From assembly GCA_905178155.1 (NCBI GenBank), contig CAJINV010000004.1:558609-622608 (forward strand): a DNA stretch of 64,000 nt. The letters run 5' to 3'. This stretch comes from Amoebophrya sp. A120 (lineage: Eukaryota; Protista; Dinoflagellata). Within the stretch, counting starts at the first letter, position 1. Every line of letters begins with the position of its first letter. Shown piece after piece: positions 34,601 to 45,400 of the stretch. Below the pieces are notes generated by a model. That model was not told the DNA's origin. It did not search any database and worked only from the letters and a program-made list of their open reading frames with translations. The position numbers and the translations under genes are program-made.

Positions 34601-36861
34601 CGGCCGCCACCATAAACGCAGCGGCCTATGCATTGTGCAAAAGTAGTAAAACCGTAGTAGAAGTATAAATTTAAATTGCATTACTCGAAGTCATTATCTT
34701 TTTAGAAAACTATCCACTTTGCCATTCATGATAATGTGGAAAGTTAGATCAAAACTTGTCACGCATAACTGCAATTAGGAGGGTTGCGATACTTTTGCAC
34801 CGGATACGGGCAACGACGCAGCGAATCAGGCAAACACGATCAACAACATGCAAGCCCAACTGGCGACGTCGCAGCAGGCGGCGCTAAACGCGCCGGACCC
34901 GAACGCCGTGACGCCACCGCCTGCAGTGACAGGAGATCCAACGGACCCGATCCAAGCTCTAGCCAACATGATCAAAGGCACGGGAAACACGCAGCAACCC
35001 GCCCAGGGCCCGGGCGGCGCCCAACTCCCACCGGGTGGCGCTGCCGGAGTGTCGCCGATAGCAGCGCTCGCAAATATTCTCAAGGGCGGGTATGGGAGGG
35101 GAGGCGAATTTCTCCTGTTCAAGTAAATTACAAATGAACTTGAAAAAACTTGCTCAGACCGAAACGCTTTGCACCTCTTAATCCAGTTATCTGAGTTATA
35201 TTCGGTGCGGGTGGCGCAGCTCCCGGTCCTGCCAGGAGGGCTCGTTGCAGGAGCTCAATTGTCATGTATAGCCACACGCCTGCGGTCTCTGCGTACTGGG
35301 AAAACAGTTTTACAGAATATGCCCAGGACTCCAATTAGACGTGCTGTCGTGTGAAATTTCTGGAACAAAGTGAAAATGAAACTTAGGACTAGGCTTTGCC
35401 CTCCATACCCGTGCCGGAGAAGCGCGGAAGAAAAAAGCACAAGAGATGATGCAGAAGGGAATTCAGCGCACCAACGAAGACATGCCGATCAATCAGCTTG
35501 CCGGACTTATTATCACAGGAAAAGGTGTTGATGTGCAAGGAAAGAAAATCTGTCATGCGATATTCACGCAGTTGCAAAAACGAAACTGAGTTCAAATTTG
35601 TATTGCCTTCGCACAAATCACGATTGGCAAATACAATAAATCTGTCGCACTTGTTCTGCGAGGATCTCCTATCAAGAAAGCCGTTACATTTGACTAGCTG
35701 CACCTTTCAGGTTGATACTACTCAAGGATGATGAGGTGCAAAAGAAAGTGAAGCGCGGGGATTTGCCCAAGGACGGTACAGACTTGAGGGATGTGCTTTT
35801 TAGTAGTGGAGTCGTTGTAGAAGTAGAAGTCTTTCTTGGTTTTTCCAAGTATTCTCTAGTATCGAAAATAATCGCTTGCGTTGCATGTAAGTATCAGCAT
35901 CTTCAAGAGGGCTTGAACAGAAATACTGAAAATTATTTACGATGTATGCCACGACCACCAGTGCTGCAAACAGGACGCATTTTCACATAATTGCAATATG
36001 CTGAACGAAGATCGTATTCGTATCACAGAACCCGATTACCCGGTGACAATTCAGTCGCGTGCGGTCAACATCCCCCTACAGTGTTATCAACTGCAAAGAG
36101 ATACATCTGGGTCTAAAAGAATGGATGCAAACTTGCAAAAATGCTGACCTCGCATACTCGTTATTTCTGTACTGCAGTGCATGACATTAGTATACAGAAA
36201 AATTATAGCGCTGGCGCTGCCGTTTATCTTTTGTTATGCAAAGACGGGACTTCAGATGCGCATGCGCGTTACAAACTTTTACAGAACCGCTCTAGAAGAA
36301 ATTCTTTTGCTTCTTCTTTGCTTGTTACTAAAGCGAGCTTGTCATGCAGACATTTTTGGCGTGACATCTTTATTCCAGAACCAGTCACATTTACGATGCA
36401 TACATATCCTGTCACCGCGATCGCAGACCCATTGTTCGTCCGCGCCCTACGCCAAACAGTCGCTATACTGAGTAAAAGCGTCCCCATTTTTGAATCTCTG
36501 GTCGAACAAAAATAGCCCAGATTTGTCATGCAAATCTGAGTGCCTGAAAATGTTTCTCATGCGCAGTCACATTAGAAGCATTCTTTGATGGTATCGGACA
36601 GCTTCTCATGCTAGAACCAGGATGAGGCGAGCAATTTGCGACGCAGGTACACAACTACACAAGATTTGTCGTGCCCAACAACCGAAAGCTGTTTTTTGTC
36701 GTGTAGCAAGAAAATGCTACCCACATTGACTCGACGCGGTGGGGACGTTTTTTCACAGGATAGTTGCGGACTTTCTGTCTATGAAAATGTCAGTGACGAT
36801 CGAAATGGGCGCAGTTGCGAAGGCAGACGTGCAGGTAGAGAAGAATCGAAATGATTTATAG
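25601..36861 (+). CDS. Gene 3: putative secreted protein with an S/T/G/A/Q-rich region, a small Cys-containing domain and a long K/E/Q coiled coil (~1680 aa)
   Basis: Signal-like segment RKSIKAISSLYLLLSGATMLQSSFA; start codon unresolved. Exons: 25601-25724,25934-27618,27915-28127,28342-~28791,~29081-29198,29394-29493,29772-29851,30053-30371,30536-30680,30973-31035,31277-31333,31601-31651,31925-32098,32485-32560,32913-32997,33227-33345,33584-33629,33887-33924,34166-34626,34812-35090,35413-35510,35723-35775,36029-36084,36408-36463,36768-36861 (TAG). Confidence 0.75.
25725..25928. mobile_element. Introner, B-like
   Basis: TSD tggcg/cgggg; frame restored. Confidence 0.75.
27619..27909. mobile_element. 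Introner, family A
   Basis: TSD gtatt/gtact. Confidence 0.85.
28128..28336. mobile_element. Introner, B-like
   Basis: TSD cgggc/cggac. Confidence 0.85.
29199..29393 (+). other. Canonical GT-AG intron
   Basis: GTAGTG...AAACAG; joins KNK-Q-NLAAK. Confidence 0.6.
29494..29766. mobile_element. Introner, family A
   Basis: TSD agcac/agcac. Confidence 0.92.
29852..30047. mobile_element. Introner, degenerate B-like
   Basis: TSD gcaga/gcaca. Confidence 0.8.
30372..30530. mobile_element. Introner, family B
   Basis: TSD gagga/gagga. Confidence 0.88.
30682..30968. mobile_element. Introner, family A; exact GT-AG excision possible (30681-30972)
   Basis: TSD gcagg/acagg; terminal ATA changed to ATG. 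Confidence 0.9.
31036..31271. mobile_element. Introner, family E
   Basis: TSD tcacc/tcacc. Confidence 0.92.
31334..31595. mobile_element. Introner, degenerate G-like
   Basis: TSD acgag/accag. Confidence 0.78.
31652..31919. mobile_element. Introner, degenerate E
   Basis: TSD aggag/gggag. Confidence 0.78.
32099..32479. mobile_element. Introner, singleton (TATCGGACCAGGAAAAGCACC / GGTGCTTTTCGCTCTGATA)
   Basis: TSD tggcc/tttcc; frame restored. Confidence 0.75.
32561..32912 (+). other. Canonical GT-AG intron
   Basis: AG|GTATAA...CGTCAG|AG; joins VLL-E-LQEK. Confidence 0.6.
32998..33221. mobile_element. Introner, G-like
   Basis: TSD cagtc/cagtc. Confidence 0.9.
33346..33578. mobile_element. Introner, degenerate
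   Basis: TAT..ATA; TSD agttt/cgctt; frame restored. Confidence 0.65.
33630..33881. mobile_element. Introner, family A ends
   Basis: TSD ccgaa/cccaa. Confidence 0.88.
33925..34160. mobile_element. Introner, family E (reverse orientation)
   Basis: TSD agaaa/agaaa. Confidence 0.92.
34627..34806. mobile_element. Introner, B-like
   Basis: TSD cggcc/cgggc. Confidence 0.85.
35091..35407. mobile_element. Introner, degenerate singleton (TATGGGAGGG / CCCTCCATA)
   Basis: 5-nt offset restores the frame. Confidence 0.65.
35511..35717. mobile_element. Introner, singleton (TATCACAGGAAAAGGTG / CACCTTTCAGGTTGATA)
   Basis: TSD cttat/ctact. Confidence 0.72.
35776..36028 (+). other. Probable canonical GT-AG intron
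   Basis: GTACAG...TCACAG; joins PKD-E-PDYP. Confidence 0.55.
36085..36402. mobile_element. Introner, degenerate A
   Basis: TSD agtgt/catat; frame restored. Confidence 0.7.
36464..36762. mobile_element. Introner, family K
   Basis: TSD gtcgc/gttgc. Confidence 0.85.
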
Positions 36862-37300
36862 ATGAGCTGAGGGCGCTTTCAATGAATGAGGTTGTCATGA
36901 TCATGTTGCGCGGCGTTCACATGGGCCGTGCTGGCACATGTTCTTTTTTTCGTGCGCTTTCCATAGCCAAATTACCCTGATCACTTCAAAAAGGTTCTGC
37001 CACTTTCCACCACAACCACGACCCCGTCGCCGCCTTCGGTCTACTACGGAAAGAAAGTGAGCGCTGATCTTATTTCCGGCTACTGCTAGTTCCAAGAAGA
37101 AAGCCAGCTGATGAAGCGGAGAATAACTTTCTGATGTGTGCAGCTCTTTATCTTTTTCCTTGTGATGAACATGGTGATGCAAGAAAGCCGGCCTTGTTAA
37201 ATAATAGCGATTCACTCCAGATCCAGATCGCATAGAGTTTCGTCATTTACTTATTTGGGTGTGCTTTTTGATTTGCGTGGACGAAACACAGTGGAGGAGC

Positions 37301-39391
37301 ATGAAGAATCCCCATAGTACTAGCAAGCGGTATCTATTAGTTTTTCTTGCAGTTGGCAGCACATCCTGAAGTCTGTCACTCACTTCTCCTCCATACCTCC
37401 GTGTTCCTCCAGCAGGACTCGACGCTGCACCGTGCCAAAGCTTCATCTAAAAGCGAACTGAAAAGAAGCACCTCCACGAAGGCAGCCGCAGGCTCCGGGA
37501 GCAAGTTGCGCCAGCTGATGAGCCAGAAGCTGCAACAGAAACTGGGTAGCAAGGCCACGACGAGGACCGGTAGCAAGGCCGCGAACAAGATGGCGACCAG
37601 ATCAACATCAACTCGAGCCCGAGCTGGCAGCTCCTCGTCGAAGCAGCAACCCTACTTCCAAGTTGTGCAACCCGCGGCCGTCTATCCACAGTAACTTTCC
37701 CGTACACGTACAAATGTCGTCTCTGCATGACAAAATTAGGCTTCGATCCTAGTTTAGCATGACAAGTGTTACACTCCAAATTTGCGAAATTTGTGATGCA
37801 TCTTGTACATCTACGGGAAATTTGTATTGCATACCGTCCAGGGTAACTACATGGAGCAGCCGATGCTCCTGCAGCCGGGCCAGGATCCGGTTGTGCTGCA
37901 GCAAGAGGGGAACCAGCCACTGGTCGTCGTGCAGCCAGGAGGTGCGAACCCCAGGCATATCCATAGTAAATTTCCTGTACACGTACAAATCACCACTTTT
38001 TGTCATGCAAAATTGAAAAGAAACGCGGCTTCGAAAAAAAAAAAATTGCTGCCTTTTTGGGTGCTGCCGAGTGAATATATCTACCCGGAATGGTATCGCT
38101 AGTGAGATCCGGACTCACGGCGCTGCAGTAGCTTTCTCTAAACAGCTAGCGTCTTTAAAATTCTTCCCGGAAAGCCTTCGCATGTCGCCCCCTCGACTCA
38201 TAGCGACCGCGGCACAACATGCATCGCTATTAAATTTCGGGACAAGGGCGCCAAGGTGTGCCGACCCTGCGCCGCATTGCGCGTATTTCTGGGCGGGGAC
38301 ATGTGACAGAAGACACACCGAGGAGGATACAACAATGAGCCTGCCCGGCCGATTGATGAACTTAGGCAGTTGCGTTTTAGGTGAGAGACTAGTCAGTGGG
38401 CGGCTGTGTTTGATTTGGTTTCCGACTTTTTGAAAGCAGCCGCTAATGCATTTGGGCAAGCTGGCAACCCTAATTTCCAACTCGATGCGATGGCTAGTTT
38501 TGGCCTTTTGTAGCGTTCACGCACGGAAACAGTTTTTCACTTGGGCTGATCGGCTTCACAACCCGCGCGGCGAGATCTCCGGCGCGGAGATCGTCGCCAG
38601 CGAGAAAAAGCCGCGACATTTTCTTGCGAAAAAAATGCTCGCGAGTTCTGCAAAAACATTTTTTCAGGGCTCAACTTCTAGCTTTCAGACCGCCGAAATC
38701 ACGCGACTTGTTTCTGTACAGTAGATTTTTCCCGCATGGTATGGTGAAGCGAAGCATGCTCCTGTACACCAGTTTTCTTTTAGAAAGTGGTGTACAGGAG
38801 CAGCATCCAATTGACCATACCATGCAGATTAAATCTACTGTACACAAATCACGTGCGTGATTCTGACGTCGTTTGAATACTGCTGCAGCAAGAGGGGAAC
38901 CAGCCACTGGTCGTCGTGCAGCCAGGAGGTGCGAACCCCAGGCAGATGCCTCCGCAACAGGCTGCGGCTGCCGCGGCCGCGACAGGGTACAATTATGTAC
39001 AAGGAGTTGTACCGCCACAGAATAATGTTGTGGGGTATACTAGCCCGCAGCAGCAGGCGGGAGGCCAGACTGGATACTACAACTCCCCGACGAAGAACTA
39101 CCCGTATGCAACCTACCAGCAGGAGGGAGACCCAGGACTCACGCAGCAGATATCCAGGAAAAAACACCAATCCCCATCCATTTTTTACATGACAAATAGT
39201 GGACTTTATGCATGTTTTGCATGACAAATTGGATGGGGATGGGTGTTTTTTCCTGGATAGTAGATGATGGCTCCCTACTATCCGCAGGGTCCTCGTGGAC
39301 AGCCGCAGGATACGCAACAGCAGCAGTACCTGGCTGGTGGCCCCGTGTTGTATCAGGAAAACGGGCCTCAGTACTACACCCCTGGACCAGC

Positions 39392-39423
<32 letters not shown>

Positions 39424-42400
39424 AGCAGCCGCCGCCGTCAAACTTACCTGCTGGCCCTGGAACGGCCGCCGGTGCGACAGCACCCGCCGTGACTGCCAGC
39501 GTGCCGACGTTTCTGTACAATGCCCAGCCGCAGCAATCCTTCATAGCGCCGATGGATCAACAGACCCCTGCAGCAGGCGTAACGCCTATGCAGGAGTTTC
39601 AGCCTCAGAATACGGCGCAGCTGGCGGGAGGTGGATCGCAGGACGCATCGCAAACTGCCGTATCCACGCAACAAGAGCTGCACCAGACGAGCACTTCTAC
39701 TGCGCAACCAAAGGAGCCGGCCGCGACGGCCTCCTCTTCTGCTCATGCCGGCAAGAGCTCTGCGGATCATGGCAATTCAAATTCCGTTTCTCTCACGGAA
39801 ACTGGTCGACAGGAGGAAGAACAGAGCGGCCCTGCTGGTTCTTCGAAGGTGCCGGCACAAGTCGTACAGGCCGGCCTGAACCTGGCCGTGCAGTCCTACC
39901 AGGATGTGGCTGCCGCGCAGGTTCTCACCATCACGGTGGCCGCAAGACTGGACATCAACGTCGCGAACACTCTATGCCTTGCAAAAGTGAAGTATCGTTC
40001 TAGAAGTGGAGGTCGTAGCAAGTGCAATAGTACAAATGGGCTGAGCATGAGATTTGGTACTTGTCATGTCGATTTAGCTCGGGACGACGATTTGTATTGC
40101 ATTCTTCCTTGTGAGGATCAGTACGAGTACGATACTTTTGCACAGAATAAACCCAGTTGAAGACCTTCGAGGAGGCATGGCCGTGGACCGGACTTTCCGA
40201 TAACGACATGGACTATTTTCTGCAACTTCTGGCCGCCAACCTGCTCCGTTCCGGCTTGACGCACATTCGCGTCGCCAACCCCTTTCGCTCCTTCCCGGGA
40301 CCGGCGACCCAGGGGCAGGGAGGTGCGAGTAGCAGTACTACAACTGCGACCTTCAAGGTAACTGGAGGCGAAAATGGCGCTGTCGGCGGAACAAACAAGA
40401 AGAATTCCGGCGGAGGTGGTCCAGATCCGATCATCCTACTGCCACCGTTGAAGCCGCCGCCCCCCGCGCCCGCACCCGCGCCGCCGCCGCCACCGCCGCC
40501 ACCGCCGCCCGCACCGGCACCCTCGCCGACCATCACCGTTTTGGATCCCTACACCGGCTATCCACAGGAAATTTGAATGTAAGTACCGACGTACATGCAC
40601 AAAGACAAACTGCATCACAAATTTCGCGAACTTAGTGCATGCCTCGAATTGTCATGCTAGCTAGGATCATCGAAGGGGAAGGCAAGCTTTGTCATGCAGA
40701 AATCGCATTTGTCTGCGTACAGGAAATTTCCTGTGGATACCGGCCGTCCGATGTACACGACGACTGCGGGGGCCCCGGGGGCGCAAAATGTTGTTCCTGC
40801 TCCCTACATTGACCCCGTGACCGGGCTATGGATTGCAAAAGTATGGCACTCGTATAAATGCATATACAATAAATTTTCTCAGCATGAGAAATGCAATTTG
40901 TAATGCGGATTTGAGTTAACAAAAAGATTTGTAATGCATGATTGCAATACGAATACGATGCTTTTGCACTGCATACGGGCAGCAGGTGCAGGGTGTGGTG
41001 GCGCCGGGCGCGACGCCAACGAACACGCTGGTGTTTCCCCCCTACCCGCCGCAGGACGAACTCGACCCGGCCGTGGACAGTTCGTACGCAGACAGTCCAA
41101 CCTACGGCGCCGCGGGCACCATTCAGCAGATTACCAACTACCACTACACCGGTCCGGGCGGCATGTCCAGCTCTGGCGGCAACGCGGAGGGGAAGCAGAA
41201 CGAGAAGAACAGCGGGGGCGGCGACCTGTCCGTCAACGGGGACGAGGAGGAGGAGAAGGTGCCGTCCTATCAAATGCAAATATTATGTCTTTGTCTGGAA
41301 GCAGGTTGGCTGGGAAGTTTGTCATGCGCATTGTACAGGATCCGCGGTCATGCCAGTGATGCATACTCTACTAGAGTCACAGCTTTCATCTTCACGAAGT
41401 CTTACTCATGCCTATGTGCCCTGAATGAGAAATGCCCTCTCCGGGCGGCAAAAATCTGCGTACGAACTTTGCTGCTCATGATGAAGTACAAGTCTTGGCA
41501 ATATGATGCAAATTTACCATCACAAATCCAATGCTTTCGAGCCCTAGGTATATTTGCAATGCATACGTCCTGGGCGAAGGCGATGGTGGCCGACGTGCAG
41601 CGCATGAAGGACGCCGCGGCGACGGCGGCGGCCGCGCAGGGCAAAAGCCAGCCCATCGACATCAAAGTGGACAACGGCGGCGCCCAACTGCCCCCGCCAG
41701 CTCCTCCTCCGCCACCAATTGTGACCCCCGCGCCCTCGGGCGGTGCGAACGCGAAGATGATCGGAGACATGCTAGCCGCCAAGATCGAGGCGCTGCGTGC
41801 CCGCCTGGAGGCGAAAGCGGGCGTGACCGGGGCGGCCACCTCGGCTGCCCAGCAGGCCGCAGGGAGTGCGGCGAAGGCAGCTGCAGCGGCAAGCGGGGCT
41901 CAAACCGCCGCGGGCTATCAAATGCAAAAATGTCTGGATCTGGAAGAATGCAACTTGTAATGCGTATTTCAGAACACAGAAATGTCTCTCATGCATACGC
42001 AGCAAAAGCTGCCCACTTTCTGTCAGCAAAATAGGGGACTTGTCATGCGGATTCGGCATTGCGGAAGCTTCTCGAAACCTGTGATGCTAGAGCTTCCATG
42101 CCAGACCTTCTGTGTCATGCAAAAACAGCATGACTCTTCCAGACCCAGACACTTTTACATTTGATACGGGCAAGGCCGCTGCGATCAGCGGACTGTCGAA
42201 CGCCGTCGGCGGTTATCCAGGAAAAAACACCCATCCCCATCCAATTTGTGATGCAAAACATGCATAAAATCCACTATTTGTCATGCAAAAAATGGATGGG
42301 GATGGGTGTTTTTCCTGGATAGCGGTGCTGCCGGCGCGCTCGCGGGCGCAGCGGGCGGGATCCAAGCTGGCCAGGCGGCGGGTGCCCTCGTGGCCAGTCA

Positions 42401-45400
42401 GTTTCCGTTCGGGTACTATCCCTTCTAACAAACAAAAAAGTGCATCTACGTTCACGGTTATTTTCACAGCAGAAGATCTCGTGCGGTAGAAATTTTGCCT
42501 TCTTCCATGCATTCTATGCAAGACAGATAATTTTGGGCACCTTTTCCGATGCATTACTGCATCACAAATTCCGTTAACGTGAAGCGCTTTTTTCTGTGAT
42601 ACCTTCCCGCAGAATGGCACGACGGTGAACGTAAATCCCGTAATCACAGTGCAGGGGGCAAAAATCAACGGAACGAAAGCAGTATGAATTGCAAAACTAT
42701 CGTACTCGTATAAATGCATTACAAGTTTCCTCAGCGTGAGAAATCAAATTTGTGTTGCGGATTTACCTTAGGAAAAAGATTTGTGATGCATAATTGCGAT
42801 TACTACGAGCACGATACTTTTGCACAGGATGAGCCGAGTCTGGTGGATCCACTTCCAAGCCAACGATCAATGACCAGGACACAGACAACAGCCAAGACAA
42901 CGATCAAGACAACGACCAGGACAATGATCAGGACAATGATCAGGACAACCACAACGACAGTAGCACGTCGACCTCTACGAAGACCAAGAAAGGCGGTGGA
43001 GGTGGGCCGCTTGCGAAGGCCGCGGCTACCATATTACAATGAAAAATGCCCCCATCCCATACTCAAACTAGAAATTTGTGATGCAGATTTGTGGTCACAA
43101 ATCAGCTTTGTCGTGCTAGAAGGGAAAAGGTGCGGACTGTAGTGCGGGTTGGCGTGGGAAAGCCTTGCATCTTCAGCATGACAGGGGGAAGCTGGAAGTG
43201 GGAAACAGCATGACAAATTGCCTGCAAACGAGGCCACAGCTGCGTCTCTTGGCCTTCTAGCATTACAAGGCGACTTGTGCACTCAAATTCAAATACAGCA
43301 TCACAAATTTCATTTTCGATATGGGGAGGGGGGATTTTTCCCTTTGATATACCACAGACCCCGCCTTGCTCGGGGCGATCAATGCACTGACGTCCACCGT
43401 CGCGAACATGAATGCCCTGGCGAACAAGCAAGCCGCAAAAGCTATCCTGTGCGAGTGTATCGTACTCGTCCTAAAACTAATTGCAAATATGCATGACAAA
43501 TTGTCTTCCTGAGGTAAAACAGCACTACAAATTCCACTCCTCTTGTTCGTGCTAAAATTTGTAATGAAATTTATACTAGTTCTAGTACGATACTTTTGCA
43601 ATGCATAAAAGCTGCAGCGCCGCAAAATCCCCCGGCGCAGGGGAATCTCCAACCGCATGAAGTGGTCCAGCTGAACGCCATATCCTGTGCAAAAGTATCG
43701 TACTCGGAGTTATCGCAATCATGCATTACAAATTTACTTGTTAAGGTAAATCCGCATTTACAAATTCCATTTTTCATGCTGAGGGAATTTGTCATGCGAT
43801 TTATACTAGTACGATGCTTTTGCATTGCATACGCCACCCGGACTTTGATTCGTGCCGTTATGGAGTTGTTGCGGCAGACGCAGGACATCGGATCCGCCCA
43901 AGCGGCCATGGCGAGCGGCGGCAAGCTTCCGGCGGGGGCCGCGATGGCGGCGCCGACAGCAGTGAAGCAGGTCCTAGATGTATCCTGAGCAAAAATGCTC
44001 CCACTCCAGAGTTGTAGTCATGCGGATTTGCGATTGCATTTACACTTACGCGAACGCTTGCACTGCGCATCTCGGACAAGAGACGCATTTGCGGTCGTGT
44101 TTTGGCCTTTGTACTGGTACAAACAGGATAAGGAGATCATGGCTGATGCGGATTTCCTTACTAACCTGCTTGCACTACAATAAAACTTTTCATGTGTGGC
44201 TTCCAAAACTTCAGGGCTTGTGTTGCAGAGTTGCCAACTTGGCTACAGGATGGGGACGTTTTTACACATGATAAGACGCCACAGCGTCTAACGAACAGCA
44301 GATCGCGGCGACACAGGGCGCCGTCGAGCGTTTGGCTGCCGCCTTGAAAAACATGGGCGGTGCGGGCGGCGCAAACAGCTTCACGGTCGAGGTGCTGCGG
44401 CAGCTGATGCAGCAGCTGCGACCCTTCATGTCGGTGATGAAGATGCTAGAGTCCGCTGTGGGGCCGTTGAACGAAAACCAGCTGAAGCGGTTTCTGCAGT
44501 CGTTGATCGACGCGATTTTGCGGGGAACGGGCGGCGGCGGCGGCGGGGGCATCACCTACAGCCCACCGCAGCAGGTGATTGGCGCCGGCGCGCCCATCAC
44601 GAACTTGTCCGAGTTAGAGGCCGCTGTGTTCGAAGACTTCGAGCCTCCGGGCGGTGGGGACGCGAAAAGCAAAGCCACCGGCGAAGGAACAACGGGAAAG
44701 GTAGTCGTACCAGCTGGCGGCGGAGGAGCGACTACGAGTGCAACCACTAACTTGCAAGAAGTGAAGAAAGAGTTGCTTTCGAATCAAGAAGTACAAGGCA
44801 CGACCGCCGCAGCGGATGCGACAAGAAGCAAAAAAGAAGCACTTGATTCCAAGGCCCCCGACGGAAGCGGAGCGACGCAGGAAAATAAAGACGAACCGAC
44901 TACAGTGTCGCTTGCCGTGAAAATCAGTAACTTCGACGAAGGTCGTGCGGCCTCCGATAAGCGTGGCAACATTAAACACTCTACGGAAGCAGGAGCACAG
45001 GGAGAAGCTCTTGCAGCTTCATCGCAGCATTCTGATACCACCGCAAAGAAGATGAATGCGCGCGACCAGCAAGAGCATGATGGTGCTCTTAGTGCTGGCG
45101 CTGCAAATAACAAGCCAGACGCACTCAAAGCGGATGAGGGAGACGAGAACAAAAGCAAGGCTGCCGACACTGTCGACGATGTTGACAGAACTAGTGCGTC
45201 GAAAATACCAAAGAAGATTGAGCAGAAATCCGCTGACGACCCTGACGTGATTGATTCGCTCGACATGCTGGATGAGGCTGCGGAAGAGCAGCTTGGCATT
45301 GGCTACGACGACGCTCTGCCGGCAGGAGGAGATGACCTGTATGAAAGTGCACATTTCCCCCTTCCCCTCATTTGTCATGCAAAATGCCAGACTCACCCTT

